This document shows positions 60,967 to 64,000 of a stretch of 64,000 nt of DNA, piece by piece. Numbering within the stretch: position 1 is the stretch's first letter; every line of letters starts with the position of its first letter. The stretch is from an uncultured Gammaproteobacteria bacterium. GTDB taxonomy: Bacteria > Pseudomonadota > Gammaproteobacteria > DRLM01. A model generated the notes under the pieces. It ran no database searches. It was given only the letters and a program-made list of their open reading frames with translations, and was not told where the DNA came from. The stretch is taken from the NCBI GenBank assembly GCA_963729605.1, contig CAVSNY010000007.1, positions 832,001-896,000 of the forward strand, read 5' to 3'. The position numbers and the translations under genes are program-made.

Positions 60967-62989
60967 ATGAACGCCGTAACCCAAACCGAAACCCACGCCA
61001 TCCACACCGCCGCCGCGCTGGAAGTGGCCGACCCCACCAAGAACCTGATTCTGGTGCCGCTGTCGCAGTTGCTTCCGCGTCGCTCCAAGCGCAACGCGCG
61101 CACGACCCCGCGCCTGTCCATCCCCGAATTGGCCGCGAGCATTTCCCGCATCGGCCTGCTGCAAAACCTGATCGTCATCCTTGCCGCCGATGGCGAGCAG
61201 TACGAAGTGGTGGCCGGTGATCGCCGCCTCACCGCCTTGAAGCTGCTGGCGAAGAAGAAGCGCATTTCCGCCGATTTGAGGTGCCGTGCCTGCTGGTGGC
61301 AGACAGCAGCGCCCGCACCGTGAGCCTCGACCGAAAACCTGCTGCGCGAGCAGATGCACCCCGCCGACCAGTTCGAGGCATTCGCCGCGCTGGTCAAGGA
61401 AGGCCGCCCCATCGAGGACATTGCCGCCGACTTCGGCGTGTCCCCGCTGGTGGTGCAGCGCCGCTTGAAGCTGGCCAACGTCTCGCCGCGCCTGATGGCC
61501 GACTATCGGGCCGGAGCCGTGACGCTGGAACAGTTGATGGCCTTGACCATCACCGACGACCACGCCGCGCAGGAGGCCGCGTTCTACGGTGCGCCGGAAT
61601 GGCAACGCGGCGCATCCGCGCTGCGCGAACGCCTGACCGAACGCGAAATCGACGCCACGCACCCGCTGGTGCGCTTCACCGGGCTGGACGCCTACACGGC
61701 GGCGGGCGGTGGCATCCGCCGCGACCTGTTCGCCGACGACGACAGCGGCACCTTTCTGGTCGATGCCCCGCTGCTGGAAAAACTGGTGCGCGGCAAGCTG
61801 GATGCGCTGGCCGAGGACGTGCGCGCCGAGGGTTGGGCATGGGTGGAAGCCGTGCCGCACCTGAGCTACGCCGAACGGCAGGCGTTCCAGAACGCCCCGC
61901 GTGAGCAACGCGAACCGAACGCCCGCGAAGCCCGCCGCATTGCTTCGCTGCAAGCCCGCCTCGACAAGATCGACGCGGCGCTGGAAGACGCCTACGACGC
62001 CGAGGACGAAGACAAGGCCGAGACGCTGGAACAGCAGCGCGAGCCGGTGGCCGCAGAACTGCAAGTCGTGCAGGACGCCTTGAAAGGCTACGCCCCGGAT
62101 GTGCGCGCCGTGGCCGGTGTCATCGTCACCATCGACCGCGACGGCGAGGCCGTGATTCATCGCGGGCTGCTGCGCGAGGCCGAGGCCAAGGCACTGCGCA
62201 CACTGGAAAAGCTGCGCCAAGGCTTCACCGGAACGGAAGACGCGAACGACGACGAAGGCGAGGATGCCGAGCCGCCCAAGGCCGCGAACCTGTCCGACCG
62301 GCTGGCGCAACGCCTGAGCGCGCACCGCACCGCCGCGCTGCAAATCGAAGTGGCCCGGCATCCGCAGGTGGCGCTGGCCGCACTCGTGCATCGCATGGTG
62401 CAGGCCGTCTTGCAGGAAGATCACTACGGCCACGACTTGCCGCTCGGTGTGCGCCTGACCATGCAGGACAGGCTGGACACCCACGCGCCCGACTGGCCGG
62501 AATCACCCGCCGCCGTGGCGCTGCGCGAGGTGCGGCAGGCATGGGGCGAGCGGCTGCCGCAGGACGGCGCCGAACTGTTTGCCGCGCTGCTGGCGATGGA
62601 GCAAGGCGAACTGGTGCGGCTGCTGGCCGTATGCGTGGCCGCCAGCGTGGATGTGGTAACACCACGCGCCACGCAGCGCCAGCCCGGCGCGGAACTGGCG
62701 CAGGCGGTCGAGCTGGACATGGCCGCATGGTGGAAGCCGACCGCCGAAGGCTACTTCAACCATGTATCCAAGGCCGCGATTCTGGAAGCCGTGCAGCAGT
62801 TCGCGCCGTCGCACGTCACCCGGCTGTCCAAGCTCAAGAAGACCGACATTGCCAGCGAGGCCGAGCGGCTGGCCGAAGGGCACCGGCTGGATGCCCGCCC
62901 TGTTCGCGGCAGAGGGCAGCGCGGCGCAGGAAACCGAGGCCGAGGCCGACACCGAAGCGGCGGAAGCAGCGGAAACACTGGCGGCATGA
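60967..62989 (+). CDS. parB: ParB/Spo0J-like partition protein with three apparent single-base indels
   Basis: LAASI..IGLLQNL, VVAGDRRL and EN..REQMHPADQFEAF, plus an HTH. Frame shifts at ~61275, ~61329 and ~62880. Confidence 0.85.
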
Positions 62990-63756
62990 GGTAGCCGCGT
63001 GAAGCATGGCCCCGACGCAGACCGCGCCGGGGCTTTTTCCGAACATCAAAAACCGGGCGCGGCAAGTCTGCCGCGCCCGGTTTCCAACGGCCAAAGCAAA
63101 AACGCCACGTCGCCGCCTTGAACCAGGCGGCGACGTGGCGGCGCACAAGTGCCTTGTGCGCGGTTCGGAATCGGCGCCCGCAAGCGGGCCAGGTATTCAT
63201 GCGCCCCGCCGCGGCGGGCGGGGCGCGGGGCTACGCCTGACTTGGCTGCGCTGGGTTGTGCAAAAGCGTGCCGTCCTCGACGCTGACGGTGGGCTGTCCG
63301 GGCCGTCACGCTGGCCTGTTCATCGACATGCCCCACGGCCTTGCCATGACGCGTCCACACCACGCCTCAAACCGTCAGCCGCTGGATGCGGTGGGCATTC
63401 CCGCCTATTGCTGTGGGCCAGACCTTGCCAGCATCACGGCGCGTACCGGCGACGCCTTCATGCGGAGCGCCGAGCCGGCCATCGCTCCATTCGGGTCAGT
63501 TCGGCCCGTTGCGTCCTTGGTTCGTTGTGAATCCTGGCGGGAGCACGGCTGCGCCTCGGGCTTCATGGCTGCAACCGTCCGGCGCAAACAATTTCCCCTG
63601 CGCTGCGCGCATTCCTCGCGGGACAAATTCTTTGCGCCTCCCGGTCCTCCACGCTGTTGCGGCCGCTGCGCGATGCAGCCAGCCCGTCCCCCGCCGACCG
63701 GATCACAACAAGGACGCGATGGGCGCGACCTTGGCAACCCGAAAGGAGCAAACATC

Positions 63757-64000
63757 ATGGTCAACATCGGCACCTTCACCGCACAGAACGACGGCTTCAC
63801 CGGCACGGTCCGCACCCTGACGCTCAACGTCAAGGTCAAGTTCGTCCCCAACGACAAAGGCAGCGAGAATGCCCCCGACTTCCGCATCCAGGCGGCGGGC
63901 GGCTACGACATCGGCGCGGCATGGAAGAAAGTCAGCCAGGCCGAGCGGCCCTACCTGTCGGTGACGCTGGATGATCCGTCGTTCCCGGCGACCATCTACG
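63757..64000 (+). CDS. DUF736 family protein (partial, runs off the window)
   Basis: Manual translation MVNIGTFTAQNDGFTGTVRTLTLNVKVKFVPNDKGSENAPDFRIQAAGGYDIGAAWKKVSQAERPYLSVTLDDPSFPATIY; RBS AAGGAG. Confidence 0.88.
   Translation, partial: MVNIGTFTAQNDGFTGTVRTLTLNVKVKFVPNDKGSENAPDFRIQAAGGYDIGAAWKKVSQAERPYLSVTLDDPSFPATIY

Larger units (their letters stand above)
50017..64000 (+). mobile_element. Tn4371-family integrative conjugative element, left part (continues beyond the window)
   Basis: Left end TTTTTTATTTCACCATGACTCCAG resembles Tn4371 ends as recalled (core TTTTT(C/T)AT). Gene order int, yhcG, variable region, radC, hypothetical, DUF932, parB, DUF736 fits the Tn4371 backbone. Confidence 0.85.

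Overview
GC-rich proteobacterial chromosome segment, most likely a Gammaproteobacterium and possibly a chemolithoautotroph (inferred from gene order and the tkt-gap-pgk-pyk-fba operon). From left to right: (1) the 5' end of btuB under a cobalamin riboswitch, an orphan secreted protein and an MBL hydrolase; (2) a minus-strand arsenosugar-type (ArsS radical SAM/TIGR04282/TIGR04283) operon with its own ECF sigma/anti-sigma pair, two matching putative ECF promoters and an unannotated 48-aa ArsM-like remnant; (3) a conserved core block pilU / pyrC'-pyrB-pyrR-ruvX-yqgE-tonB with an ApbE-NusG_II-Gx (FmnB/EetA/EetB-like) trio, then gshB, gshA, rsmE and bioA; (4) a lone PEP-CTERM gene, metF-ahcY (SAH riboswitch)-metK, and tkt-gap-pgk (frameshifted)-pyk-fba; (5) nucleotide-sugar genes and the PEP-CTERM regulatory locus (TIGR03013, prsK, prsR, prsT, PEP-CTERM gene), where both PEP-CTERM genes share TGTCGG-N5-TTTACA boxes and sigma54 promoters; (6) from ~50017, the left part of a Tn4371-family ICE inserted in the terminator of the PEP-CTERM gene (int, yhcG, radC, DUF932, parB, DUF736). 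The ICE variable slot holds the best candidate for a new system: an orphan HigA repressor with a palindromic operator, an extra Mrr-like nuclease and a Lamassu/ABC-three-component module. The last four genes are translationally coupled and the cassette is bracketed by direct repeats of a structured ssDNA-promoter-like element. All family assignments come from motif recognition by eye; no database search was run.
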